64,000 bases of DNA, from contig CAWBLF010000003.1 in assembly GCA_963789635.1 (NCBI GenBank), forward strand, positions 67,388 through 131,387. Direction: 5' to 3'. Made by a program: the position numbers and the translations under genes. The notes under the pieces are model-generated. The model was not told where the DNA came from, did not search any database, and was given only the letters and a program-made list of their open reading frames with translations. Origin of the DNA: an uncultured bacterium. GTDB lineage: Bacteria; Patescibacteriota; Minisyncoccia; Phycocordibacterales; Zambryskibacteraceae. Each line of letters begins with the position of its first letter. Position 1 is the first letter of the stretch. Positions 27,661 to 37,174 of the stretch are shown here, piece by piece.

Positions 27661-28518
27661 TTAATTTAATCTCATTTCGCCCATGCTTTCTGTCACCACC
27701 CCGCGGATTTCCAAGACGGCCAGTGTGGAGTTTGCAATGTGAGTAGGTAGGCCACTTTCACGGATAATTTCATCCCGAGACTTCGGTGTTTCCAGCAAGT
27801 CTAGTATTGTTTGCTCTTCCGGATTTTGCGCTTGATATATAACTTTTTCCTTTTCTTCCGGAGAAAAGCCAAGAGCCAATAAAATGTCATCAGCTTTGCG
27901 AATTGGTGTCGCCCCTAGACGAATGAGCATATGGGGTCCTTCGGATTGCTTGGAAAATATTGAGCCGGGAACGGCAAAGACATCGCGGTTGTATTCCGTG
28001 GCAAGTTTTGAAGTGATGAGTGTCCCGGATTTTTCCTCTGCCTCAATGACCAGCACAGCGTGACTCATCCCGGCCATGATGCGATTACGTTGGGGAAAGC
28101 TCCATTGGGTCGGTCGGAAGTCATCGGCAAATTCCGACAGCAAACCGCCTCCGGATTCAATAATATTTTCTGCCAGTCTCAAGTGGCTTTGGGGATACAA
28201 CACTTTTGGGTTGAGACCGGAACCAGGCACGGCAACGGTATGTATATTGTGTGCAAGCGCCGTCTTGTGGGCGATAGAATCAATACCTAGAGCCAGACCC
28301 GATACAATAGTAATGGGGTAACCGGCTAGACCGGATACCAAGGTTTCGCAAACCTCACGGCCGTATTCGGTGTGCTTGCGGGATCCCACAACACAAAGAA
28401 TTTTGTTCTCACTGGGTGGCAAAATCCCTGCAAAGCGAAGCGCATCTGGAGGGTCTGTGATTTCGGCTAATAGTGGCGGAAAGTCTTCCTGTTGTAAATC
28501 TTGAATGGAATACGGCAT
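27661..28518 (-). CDS. dprA: DNA-processing protein DprA
   Basis: VVGSR, IVSGLALGIDS.AH, FPQRNRIMAG, SGTLIT, VFAVPG. Confidence 0.95.
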   Translation of the reverse strand: MPYSIQDLQQEDFPPLLAEITDPPDALRFAGILPPSENKILCVVGSRKHTEYGREVCETLVSGLAGYPITIVSGLALGIDSIAHKTALAHNIHTVAVPGSGLNPKVLYPQSHLRLAENIIESGGGLLSEFADDFRPTQWSFPQRNRIMAGMSHAVLVIEAEEKSGTLITSKLATEYNRDVFAVPGSIFSKQSEGPHMLIRLGATPIRKADDILLALGFSPEEKEKVIYQAQNPEEQTILDLLETPKSRDEIIRESGLPTHIANSTLAVLEIRGVVTESMGEMRLN

Positions 28519-28635
28519 CTTTTTATTGTATCATTGAAGCAAAGAAGCAATAAAATCATTCTTCCATCGTCCCTTGAATGAGTCGGGACTCAGGATGATA
28601 ATTTTCTAATCGCTTCTATCAAGAAAATCTATAAT

Positions 28636-29910
28636 ATGCTAGACATAAAATTTATAAGAGACAATAAGGACCTCATCATTGAAGCGGCTCGCAAGAAACA
28701 TGTGAAGTTTGACGTGAATGAGCTTATAAAGATTGACGACAAACGTCGGGAACTTCTTGGGTCCGTGGAGAGCAAGCGTACCATTCAAAACGAAATGAGT
28801 ATGGAGATTGTCAAAGAATCCAGCTCCACGGTGAAGCTCCAATTGATTGAGAAAATGAAAACGCTGAAGGAAGCGCTTCAAAAGGAAGAGGAAGAGCTAA
28901 AAGAGGTGATGCATAATTGGCAGATGAAAATGGTTGAAGTGCCAAACGTTCCAGATATTTCTGTGCCGGAAGGAGACAGCGACAAAGACAACAGAGAAAT
29001 AAAAAATTGGGGTCAAAAACCGCAATTTGATTTCAAACCAAAAAGTCATATTGATATTATGACTGAACTTGATATTGCCGATTTTGAACGGGGAACCAAA
29101 GTAGCCGGGTTTCGTGGATATTTTTTAAAGAATGACGGGGTACTCCTTTCTTTGGCTATCTGGCAGTACTCTATGGATTTTTTTTCGGCAAAAGGATTTG
29201 GGCCTATGCTTGTGCCATCACTCGTGCGTAGGGAAAACTTGCTTGGCACCGGATTTATTCCGCAAGGCGAAGAAGATCTGTACAAAACCCAAGATGCCGA
29301 CTATTTGGCCGGCACAGCCGAAGTGGCATTGATGGGGTATCGGGCAGGTGAGATTCTTTCATTGAAAGATTTCCCAATAAAATATTTAGGATTTTCCCCG
29401 TGTTTTCGCCGGGAAGCGGGCAGTCATTCCAAAGATGTCAAAGGCCTTATCCGTGTTCATGAATTTTACAAACTGGAACAAGTAATTCTTTGTGAAGCAG
29501 ACCACGAGACTTCGGTCAATTATCATGAAGCACTAACTCGCAACACAGAGGAGTTTATGGAATCGTTGAAAATTCCGTATCGCACAGTGGTAAATTGCGG
29601 AGGAGATCTCGGACTAGGGCAAGTAAAGAAATATGATATTGAACTTTGGGTACCGCTTGAAAATACTTATCGGGAAATAGCCTCGGCGTCATATTTTCAT
29701 GATTTCCAAACCCGTCGTCTCAACATTAGGTACAAAGACGCAGGCGGAAAGATGAAATACGCACACTCTCTCAATAATACCGCTACCCCGACCCCAAGAC
29801 TTCTCGTGTCGCTCGTGGAAAATTACCAACAGGCAGACGGCTCGGTGAAGATTCCCGATGCCTTGCAGAAATATATGGGTGGCCGAACAGCGATTGTCAG
29901 GCGTCCATAA
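28636..29910 (+). CDS. serS: Serine--tRNA ligase
   Basis: MLDIKFIR, GTAEV, FRREAGS...GLIRVHEF.K.E, KYDIE.W, HSLNNT. Confidence 0.96.
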   Translation: MLDIKFIRDNKDLIIEAARKKHVKFDVNELIKIDDKRRELLGSVESKRTIQNEMSMEIVKESSSTVKLQLIEKMKTLKEALQKEEEELKEVMHNWQMKMVEVPNVPDISVPEGDSDKDNREIKNWGQKPQFDFKPKSHIDIMTELDIADFERGTKVAGFRGYFLKNDGVLLSLAIWQYSMDFFSAKGFGPMLVPSLVRRENLLGTGFIPQGEEDLYKTQDADYLAGTAEVALMGYRAGEILSLKDFPIKYLGFSPCFRREAGSHSKDVKGLIRVHEFYKLEQVILCEADHETSVNYHEALTRNTEEFMESLKIPYRTVVNCGGDLGLGQVKKYDIELWVPLENTYREIASASYFHDFQTRRLNIRYKDAGGKMKYAHSLNNTATPTPRLLVSLVENYQQADGSVKIPDALQKYMGGRTAIVRRP

Positions 29911-29915
29911 TTATA

Positions 29916-30719
29916 ATGGCGTACAAAGTTCATTCACAAAGGCTACTTAAAAAGAGAAGAAAGCGCTTCATCTGGCGAATGATTTTTATTGTGGCTGGCA
30001 CAATTTTTATCATCGTCGGTCCGATAATGTTTTTGCGAATGCAATTTTGGCAAATCTCAACAGTTAATGTCTCGGGCAATATTGCCGTGGCAAGCACCAC
30101 CATAGAAAATCTTGTTCAAGCCGACATTTCTGGAGATTATGCTTTTGTTTTTCCAAAATCAAATATTTTGTTTTACCCAAAACACGCCATTGAAACCGAT
30201 ATTCTGAAAATATTTTCACGTATTGAAAGCGTGAAAGTTTCCACAAGTGGCTTGCGGTCAATATCGGTTGCAGTAAATGAACGCACCCCGACCGCCACAT
30301 GGTGCCAAGATATCAGCTGTTATCTTATGGATAAGAACGGATATATTTTTGATACCGCTCCGGAATTTAACAGTTCCACGACCTTAAAATATGAAGGGTC
30401 AATAAACGGTGGTCCGATAGGGGCGGAGTATACCTCTCCGGAGGAATTTGCATTAATTGTGTCGTTGGTGGATGGAATAAAGGCCCTTTCGCTTACCCCT
30501 GTGTTGGTCAACGCTATAGGAAGCAAGGATTATGAGGTGACCCTTTCCGGCGGAGAAGTGATTACCCTAAGTATTGGAGCACCGGTAAATCAAACTCTTT
30601 CCAACTTGGCTTCTCTTCTTTCGGATCCAAAATTATCGCTTCGTTCTGGAACAGGTCTTTCTGTATCATCCCTTGACCTGCGTTATGACAATAAAGTGTA
30701 TTTTATAAGGAAAAAATAA
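29916..30719 (+). CDS. FtsQ/DivIB-like cell division protein
   Basis: Basic N-terminus, TM helix, POTRA-like segment (V.V.ER.P.A.W), C-terminal LDLRYDNKVY. Confidence 0.7.
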   Translation: MAYKVHSQRLLKKRRKRFIWRMIFIVAGTIFIIVGPIMFLRMQFWQISTVNVSGNIAVASTTIENLVQADISGDYAFVFPKSNILFYPKHAIETDILKIFSRIESVKVSTSGLRSISVAVNERTPTATWCQDISCYLMDKNGYIFDTAPEFNSSTTLKYEGSINGGPIGAEYTSPEEFALIVSLVDGIKALSLTPVLVNAIGSKDYEVTLSGGEVITLSIGAPVNQTLSNLASLLSDPKLSLRSGTGLSVSSLDLRYDNKVYFIRKK

Positions 30720-30788
30720 TGCGTTTTACATTGAAGGCGACGCAAGCTTTTGTGAGATTTTAAAATATATAAGCGTTATAATAAAAAG

Positions 30789-31178
30789 ATGGATTTTTTT
30801 CTAATCGTTCCTTATTACACACGATGGCACTATACACGGGGAATTCGTGAATTTGTTGATAATTGGGTTGATTTTGTTTGGTTTATATCCAAATTTTTTT
30901 CCTTAGGCATACTTTTTAAGACGCTATTTTCTCCGTGGGAGAAGATGAATGAGAGCTACGGTGGTCGTTTTGATATAGCCAATATTGTGCAGACATTCAC
31001 AGTCAATTTGCTCATGCGAGCGGTGGGTTTCGTGATAAGGGTGGTGGTGCTTGTAGTCGGTTTTGCGTCAATAATTGTCGCTACATTGTTGGGGTTGATA
31101 CTTTTTGTGGTTTGGTTCCTGTTTCCGGTGATTGTTTTCTTTTTGCTTTCACTCTCAATATATAATCTTTTTAAATGA
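30789..31178 (+). CDS. Hypothetical membrane protein coupled to the downstream Clp ATPase
   Basis: WHY..G, FFS...L.KTLFSPW; ATGA overlap with the next gene. Confidence 0.7.
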   Translation: MDFFLIVPYYTRWHYTRGIREFVDNWVDFVWFISKFFSLGILFKTLFSPWEKMNESYGGRFDIANIVQTFTVNLLMRAVGFVIRVVVLVVGFASIIVATLLGLILFVVWFLFPVIVFFLLSLSIYNLFK

Positions 31179-33550
31179 CATACGCAGAACTCAAAAAGAA
31201 AACAAATTATTTACAGCCAGTATTTGCGCTTGAAAGTATTTTGTCGCATCGGGCCCGCGTTATGATGAAAAACTTATTTTTGATTGTAACTCTGATACTG
31301 CTAGCGCTTTCCTCTAACATATTTTTTCCCGCATCGGCGCAAATGACCGGTCTTTTCTTTTTGTCATTAGTCTTTTTTATGATATTTGTCGCCGTCGACG
31401 CTTTTTATTATTCATTTATGTATGAATATAATCCGGCCGAACCATACATTTTTGAACTTGGTGAAATTCTTTTTTATACAAAAGACAATGACATTATCGG
31501 TGGATTTGTAAAATCGCCAGTCGGGAGAATTATTATTTTTCGTTTAGGCGTAGATGCTGAAGCGATCAAAAATTATCTCAATAAACGCACATCCTTTGTG
31601 TCGGCCAGTTCTATGATATTGCCACCATCCGGTAACACTTTTTCTTCATTTCTTTTGGGACTTTATCAGTCAGACAAAGGATTCGAACATTTGCTGATTT
31701 CTCATGGTATAGAAGCGCAGACATTTGTCAGTTGTGCTTTGTGGGTGGCAGAAAGACAAAGACGAGATGATTACTCACATCGATGGTGGTCGCGAGAGAG
31801 ACTTGAGTCGATAGACAGCTTGGGACGTGACTGGGCATACGGTAAAGCCTATACCCTGATGAGGGTGAGCACACCACTGAGATTTTCTCGTTATCAATAC
31901 ACGGAATTGCACAGTCAGACGGTTGACCGTGTCGAACTGGTTTTGGCCAGGTCAGCGGAAGCGAATATACTTTTGGTGGGGGATGAAGGAGTGGCCAAAA
32001 TGGAAGTACTGGAAGGTCTAGCGCGCAAGACACTCCGCCAAAAAGCGATGCCCAAACTTGCAGACAAACATTTTTTTGTTTTGGATTTGGAGAGTTTGGG
32101 AGCGCGAGCAAAAGACAGACAAACATTTGAAAACACATTCACCAAAGTTTTTGTAGAAGCGGCGCGTGCCGGCAATATAATTTTTATTATTCCCGATATG
32201 GCTGGCTTACTCAGACTCGGGGAATCTGTGGGGGCAGAAATAGTTTCTCTTATGTCACGCTTCCTTGCGTCCACATCCCTTCAGGTCGTGGCCATATCCG
32301 ATTCCGATGATTTTCATAAATCAATTAAACCAAATCGCGAACTGATGCGTCACTTTGTGAAAATTCAAGTTGATGAAGTAGATGAACACATTATGTTGCA
32401 GACTATTGAAGACACCGTCATTACTCTGGAAGCGGAAAACGGCGTCTTTTTCAGTTATCCGGCTCTGGTGGAATCGGTGCAAAGCGCCAAAAGATATTTT
32501 ATTGATACCCCGTTTATCGATGCTGTCACCGATATTTTGACAGAATCTGCATCGTCAGCAAGAAATGAAAGTAGATTTGTGGTGGAGAAAGAAGACGTAC
32601 TTCTTCAAGTACAAGAAAAGACGGGCATTGCAACGGGGGAAGTGGAAAATCAGGAAAAAGACCGACTGATGAACCTTGAAACTCTTTTGCATGAGCGTGT
32701 GGTGGGGCAAAATGAAGCAATTTCCGCAATAGCCAATGCGGTGCGACGTTCCAGGGCGGGTATCGGCAATCCCGACAGACCGATCGGATCACTCCTTTTC
32801 CTAGGGCCGACCGGGGTGGGAAAAACAGAAACAGCAAAAGCGCTTTCCGAGATCTTTTTCGGTCCCAAGGCTTCAATGTTACGTCTGGATATGACCGAAT
32901 ATAGCGGAGAGGACAGTCTGAATCGTCTTATAGGAAGCATCGGAATGAAAATATCTGGAGTTCTCTCCGATATGATACGTGACCATAAATATGGTGTGTT
33001 GTTGCTCGACGAGTTTGAAAAGACAAGTGGCAAGGTGCTTGATCTTTTTTTGCAAATACTCGATGAAGGTTTTTTCACCGATGCTACCGGCCATAGAGTC
33101 AACGCTCGTAATCTTTTTGTTGTGGCTACTTCAAACGCAGGCAGTCAATACATATTTGATGTTATGAAGACAGGAGCGGACTTGTTGTCCAAACGAGAAG
33201 AAATAGTGGAGCATTTGATAGACGACGGTGTATTCAAACCCGAACTATTAAATCGTTTTGATGGAGTAATTCTTTTCCATCCACTTCTTGATATACATCT
33301 TATGGGAGTTGCAAAAATAATGCTCAGTCGCCTAGCATGGAGGCTCAAAGAAAAAGGCATGACACTGGTAATAAATGACGCGTTGCTAAATTTTGTAGTA
33401 TCGGCCGGGCGCGACCCAAAGTTCGGAGCAAGACCTTTGAACCGTTTCATACAAGACGTGGTGGAAAAAAAGATTGCCGATGGCGTGATTTCCGGTAAAT
33501 ACAAGGCTAGTTCGACCATAGAATTTTCATCAGCCGATTTTCAGGTCTAA
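31175..33550 (+). CDS. Membrane-anchored ClpA/B-like AAA+ ATPase
   Basis: Two N-terminal TM helices; degenerate NBD1 (GDEGVAKME, IIPD); intact NBD2 ([21 protein letters not shown]). Confidence 0.85.
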   Translation: MTYAELKKKTNYLQPVFALESILSHRARVMMKNLFLIVTLILLALSSNIFFPASAQMTGLFFLSLVFFMIFVAVDAFYYSFMYEYNPAEPYIFELGEILFYTKDNDIIGGFVKSPVGRIIIFRLGVDAEAIKNYLNKRTSFVSASSMILPPSGNTFSSFLLGLYQSDKGFEHLLISHGIEAQTFVSCALWVAERQRRDDYSHRWWSRERLESIDSLGRDWAYGKAYTLMRVSTPLRFSRYQYTELHSQTVDRVELVLARSAEANILLVGDEGVAKMEVLEGLARKTLRQKAMPKLADKHFFVLDLESLGARAKDRQTFENTFTKVFVEAARAGNIIFIIPDMAGLLRLGESVGAEIVSLMSRFLASTSLQVVAISDSDDFHKSIKPNRELMRHFVKIQVDEVDEHIMLQTIEDTVITLEAENGVFFSYPALVESVQSAKRYFIDTPFIDAVTDILTESASSARNESRFVVEKEDVLLQVQEKTGIATGEVENQEKDRLMNLETLLHERVVGQNEAISAIANAVRRSRAGIGNPDRPIGSLLFLGPTGVGKTETAKALSEIFFGPKASMLRLDMTEYSGEDSLNRLIGSIGMKISGVLSDMIRDHKYGVLLLDEFEKTSGKVLDLFLQILDEGFFTDATGHRVNARNLFVVATSNAGSQYIFDVMKTGADLLSKREEIVEHLIDDGVFKPELLNRFDGVILFHPLLDIHLMGVAKIMLSRLAWRLKEKGMTLVINDALLNFVVSAGRDPKFGARPLNRFIQDVVEKKIADGVISGKYKASSTIEFSSADFQV

Positions 33551-33634
33551 TTTTGATCAAAGGCGATTTGCTCCGCCTGGATTTAAGTAAGTGTGGGATA
33601 TTTGCATAAAAATGTGAATGTGTTATACTATTGC

Positions 33635-33892
33635 CCTGGTAGCCCGTAGCCCGAGGCTGACCAGGTCGAATTCGCTTTCCTCCACCGTCGGGGGGACAAC
33701 AGGATGACTCATTGTCATCGTCGACATGGACACTGGGGCTTTGCCTAGCCGGCAACCCCATACCATCGTCTCTCGTCCGCCTGGGGCGAGAGACAGAACA
33801 TATCGGTCGCTTATTTTTTGGCGACCAGACAAATATATAGGAGGTTCACCTCCGCTCCGTGGACGGCTCGTAAGAGTCGTCCATATTTTTTT
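33635..33892 (+). ncRNA. Candidate structured ncRNA 1
   Basis: TTGCAT-N16-TATACT promoter (33602-33629), about 7 GC-rich hairpins, terminator TGGACGGCTC-GTAA-GAGTCGTCCA + T tract. Confidence 0.45.
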
Positions 33893-33932
33893 ATTATCCG
33901 TAGTTTATCGTTTTTTATGATATTTTATCAAT

Positions 33933-34898
33933 ATGAATTTTTGGAAAGAGCTTCATAAACCATTTTTCGTCCTGGCTCCAATGGCTGATGTCACTGATGT
34001 GGCCTTTCGTCGGGTAATTGCAAAATATGGCAAGCCCGACGTTTTGTGGACTGAGTTTGTTTCGGCAGACGGCCTAGTGCTGGCTAGTGATGAGGGCAAG
34101 AAAAAATTGATGCGAGATTTGATATATACGGAGGCAGAGAGACCTATAGTGGCACAGCTTTTCAGTTCAGATCCAGAAAATATGAAAAAGGCCGCAAAAC
34201 TTATCGCCTCGCTTGGTTTTGACGGACTAGACATAAATATGGGGTGTCCGGATAAATCAATTGAAAAACAAGGAGCTGGAGCGGCGCATATAAGAAATGC
34301 AAAGCAAGCGCGTGAAGTCATACGATCGGCAAAGGAAGGAGTGGACAATATTCCGGTGTCTGTAAAAACTCGTATTGGTTACAATAAAGACGAACTTGAT
34401 TCTTGGTTGCCGGAAATATTGGGAGAAGGAGTGTCGGCGGTTACCATACATGCGCGAACGCGAAAAGAAATGTCCAAAGTTCCCGCGCAATGGAGTGCAG
34501 TGTCACGTGCCGTAAAAATGAGAAATGAAATTGCACCCGATACGCTAATTATCGGAAATGGGGATGTCAAAAGCATGGCGCACGCTAGACAGCTTGCCGA
34601 AGAAACAAAATGCGACGGGGTGATGTTTGGCAGAGCAATATTTGGTAACCCTTGGTTGTTTGCCGAACGAGCAGTAACCACTGAAGAAAAATTGAAAGTT
34701 TTAATTGAGCATACAAAGCTTTTTGATGAACTACTTGGCGATGTAAAGAGTTTTGCTGTTATGAAAAAACACTTTAAGTCATATATTTCAGACTTTAATG
34801 GCGCCGGGGAACTTCGTTTTTTGCTAATGCAGGCAAACAACGCCTTGGAAGTAGAAACTATCATAAACAAGTTTCTGGAGAACTATCAAAAAACCTAG
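33933..34898 (+). CDS. dus: tRNA-dihydrouridine synthase
   Basis: LAPMADVTD, DINMGCP, SVKTRIG, TIHART, IGNGD, GRA. Confidence 0.94.
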   Translation: MNFWKELHKPFFVLAPMADVTDVAFRRVIAKYGKPDVLWTEFVSADGLVLASDEGKKKLMRDLIYTEAERPIVAQLFSSDPENMKKAAKLIASLGFDGLDINMGCPDKSIEKQGAGAAHIRNAKQAREVIRSAKEGVDNIPVSVKTRIGYNKDELDSWLPEILGEGVSAVTIHARTRKEMSKVPAQWSAVSRAVKMRNEIAPDTLIIGNGDVKSMAHARQLAEETKCDGVMFGRAIFGNPWLFAERAVTTEEKLKVLIEHTKLFDELLGDVKSFAVMKKHFKSYISDFNGAGELRFLLMQANNALEVETIINKFLENYQKT

Positions 34899-34982
34899 TA
34901 TTTTCAACATATTTTAGCAATTATATCTTTCTATATACAAATAGTGCTTGACTTTATCATCATAGGGTGCTACAATGTTACT

Positions 34983-35132
34983 GTTCATGGTTGGTGGAAG
35001 GTCCAAGAGACCACACCCTGTCAGGCGGACCAAGTTCGGATGTTTGGATAATCCGCAAGGCCTTCCACCAACCGTGGGCACAATTCCGCTTTTAGCGGAA
35101 GTATAAGACGAGGCCAGTTCCTCGTCTTTTTT
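34983..35132 (+). ncRNA. Candidate structured ncRNA 2 (long stem with internal bubble)
   Basis: TTGACT-N17-TACAAT promoter (34948-34976); GGTTGGTGGAAGG (34989) pairs with CCTTCCACCAACC (35061); terminator 35105-35132. Confidence 0.55.
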
Positions 35133-35199
35133 GTTGTTTAAATTTATTAAAAAAACTATTGAAATTTGACTTTTGTTTTGTAAGTAGTAGACTAAATGA

Positions 35200-35445
35200 A
35201 GAAATTTTTTGTTATCATAAAAATTCAAATAGAGGGTTGTGCAAGCGTATAGATGTTGAGCTTGAGCGCGGACAAAGCACCGTCATTAATCGCTGCTTAA
35301 CGGCCGAACACCGTGCGCAATATGTACCGATGCCCGATAGGTATGTGAGAAGGGGAAAACTCACATATACCCGGTACACGCGTTCGCTCCGCTTGCACAA
35401 TCTTCACCCACTATGGTCCCGCGATGTTGCGGGACTTTCTTTTTT
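35200..35445 (+). ncRNA. Candidate structured ncRNA 3
   Basis: TTGACT-N16-TAGACT promoter; GAGGGTTGTGCAAGCG (35232) pairs with CGCTTGCACAATCTTC (35390); nested stems; terminator GTCCCGC..GCGGGAC + T tract. Confidence 0.5.
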
Positions 35446-35488
35446 GTAAACTAGTGGTACTATTGGTAATAGAAGTAAAAAAGCACCT

Positions 35489-35983
35489 TTGGTTGTACTG
35501 ATCGCAGTTCTTTTAGTTTTTACCATTTACCGCCGGGGGAAGTGGATTATGAAAGAAAGGAAGGAAGCAAAAAAAGGAAGTGCCTCTGCAGAGAGGGAAC
35601 CCTTCGACGAAGACAGAGCGGTTCCGATTGACGATGCGATCCGGCATTTGAACAACACGGCATGTTGTTCAAGTGATACGGTAAAGCGTAGGTCTGAAGT
35701 GGTAGGGCATGTACCGGTTCAGCCACTTTCCGATCAGGGTGACGAATTTCCTGATGAGGATGCCGAACAGTGCGGAAGTGGTTATCTCACCGGTGAAATG
35801 CCGATGACTACGGGAGAGCATCAAGTAAGATCCAAGCCGATTGACGAAAGCGACAGGTCGCCGCTCCTCTTGGGGGACGCCGAGGAAATGATCCCCGGCT
35901 TTCTGCCAGAGAGCGGCGTGCAAGTCTACGAATCGGCCCGTAACATGCGTGAAAGAGAAAGAAAGCATTTGAAACTCCGGTGA
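35489..35983 (+). CDS. Hypothetical acidic protein (start may be ATG 35549)
   Basis: Open frame in a GC-richer segment followed by a terminator-like hairpin; no recognisable motif. Confidence 0.45.
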   Translation: MVVLIAVLLVFTIYRRGKWIMKERKEAKKGSASAEREPFDEDRAVPIDDAIRHLNNTACCSSDTVKRRSEVVGHVPVQPLSDQGDEFPDEDAEQCGSGYLTGEMPMTTGEHQVRSKPIDESDRSPLLLGDAEEMIPGFLPESGVQVYESARNMRERERKHLKLR

Positions 35984-36180
35984 AGAAATGTCGGAAAGCG
36001 TAAGCGAAGCGAAGCGAAAAAAAGCACATTAGGAGGGGGCGAGTCTATCGGACTCGCCTTTGTTGTTTATATTCAAAATTTTTTCTTGACTTATATCTGA
36101 CTTTGTTGTAATGTCGCTTTGGAAGTTCATCACTTGCGTAGCTGTTGTGAATACAGTTATGTACACAACCGGGAGGAAAG

Positions 36181-37089
36181 ATGAGGTTTAACACCAGGTT
36201 TTACGGGGTTGCGATAATTCTGTCGGCAATGTTCGTGGCGTGTGATAGTGACCACGACGTGACGACTCCCAAGCAACCGGTAACAGTGACATTGTCACTG
36301 GCGGTGCACAACGACACGGTCGAGGCAGGAAAGACGGTGCAAGTGGGTATCGGCACAATGACAGTGACTCCGTCGGGAACGTCCACTGACATCGCGTGGT
36401 CAAGTACCAATGCGTCGGTAGCCACCGTTTCTCAAAACGGCATGGTCACCGGTGTGGCGACAGGTAGCGTCTTCATCATCGCAACTTCGGTTGCGGCTCC
36501 GGGCGTAAAGGATTCGGCATTGTTCACGGTGATGGAGCCGGTTTTGGCAACGATCACCATCAGTCCGCACAGCGCAAGCACGATTGCGGGAGGGCAGGTC
36601 GTCCTCACCGCAAACATCAAGGTGATAAACGGGCTATCCGACGGCATCGTGTGGTCAAGCTCGAACAACGCCGTGGCCACCGTTTCTCAAAACGGGGTTG
36701 TCAGCACCATGGCTGGCGGTTCGGTACTGATCACAGCTTCGTCGGTTGCTGTTCCGGCGGTGAAGGATACTTCGCGGATTACAGTGATACCGATTCCGCA
36801 AGTGCAATCCATCTCACCACCTTTTACCTCGGATACGATAAGGGTAGGACATACCCAGAACCTGAAGTTGTTTACCGTGGTCGCCGATTCTGGAGTGGTG
36901 ACGACTTATCATTGCCTCTCCACCAACCCTTTGGTGGCGACGATTGATCCGGTGACTTGTGTGCTCAAGGCATGGGCCACTAGCCCCTCGGGTGGGGCGT
37001 TGCCAATTCAGATCATCGCCACGACAGACGGTGTGAATCTGAAGTTGGGGCAACTCTCGGCGGGGATCAACGTGTATGTATTGCCATGA
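36181..37089 (+). CDS. Lipoprotein with bacterial Ig-like (Big_2) repeats
   Basis: GGAGG RBS, lipobox FVAC, repeated WSS.N..VATVSQNG.V. Confidence 0.85.
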   Translation: MRFNTRFYGVAIILSAMFVACDSDHDVTTPKQPVTVTLSLAVHNDTVEAGKTVQVGIGTMTVTPSGTSTDIAWSSTNASVATVSQNGMVTGVATGSVFIIATSVAAPGVKDSALFTVMEPVLATITISPHSASTIAGGQVVLTANIKVINGLSDGIVWSSSNNAVATVSQNGVVSTMAGGSVLITASSVAVPAVKDTSRITVIPIPQVQSISPPFTSDTIRVGHTQNLKLFTVVADSGVVTTYHCLSTNPLVATIDPVTCVLKAWATSPSGGALPIQIIATTDGVNLKLGQLSAGINVYVLP

Positions 37090-37094
37090 TGGAT

Positions 37095-37135
37095 GGGGCG
37101 GAGTCTCTTTCGAGAGACCCCGCCCCGTATTTTTT
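37095..37135 (+). terminator. Intrinsic terminator
   Basis: GGGGCGGAGTCTCT-TTCG-AGAGACCCCGCCCC + T tract. Confidence 0.75.
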
Positions 37136-37174
37136 ACTCTGAAATTTTTCTAAAAATTGGCTATAATGCACACA

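Noticed and set aside
33670-33700. GGAGGAAAG (minus strand) suggesting RNase P RNA
   Set aside because: The following GTCC and the 3' P4 partner motif are absent, and promoter/terminator orientation favours the plus strand.
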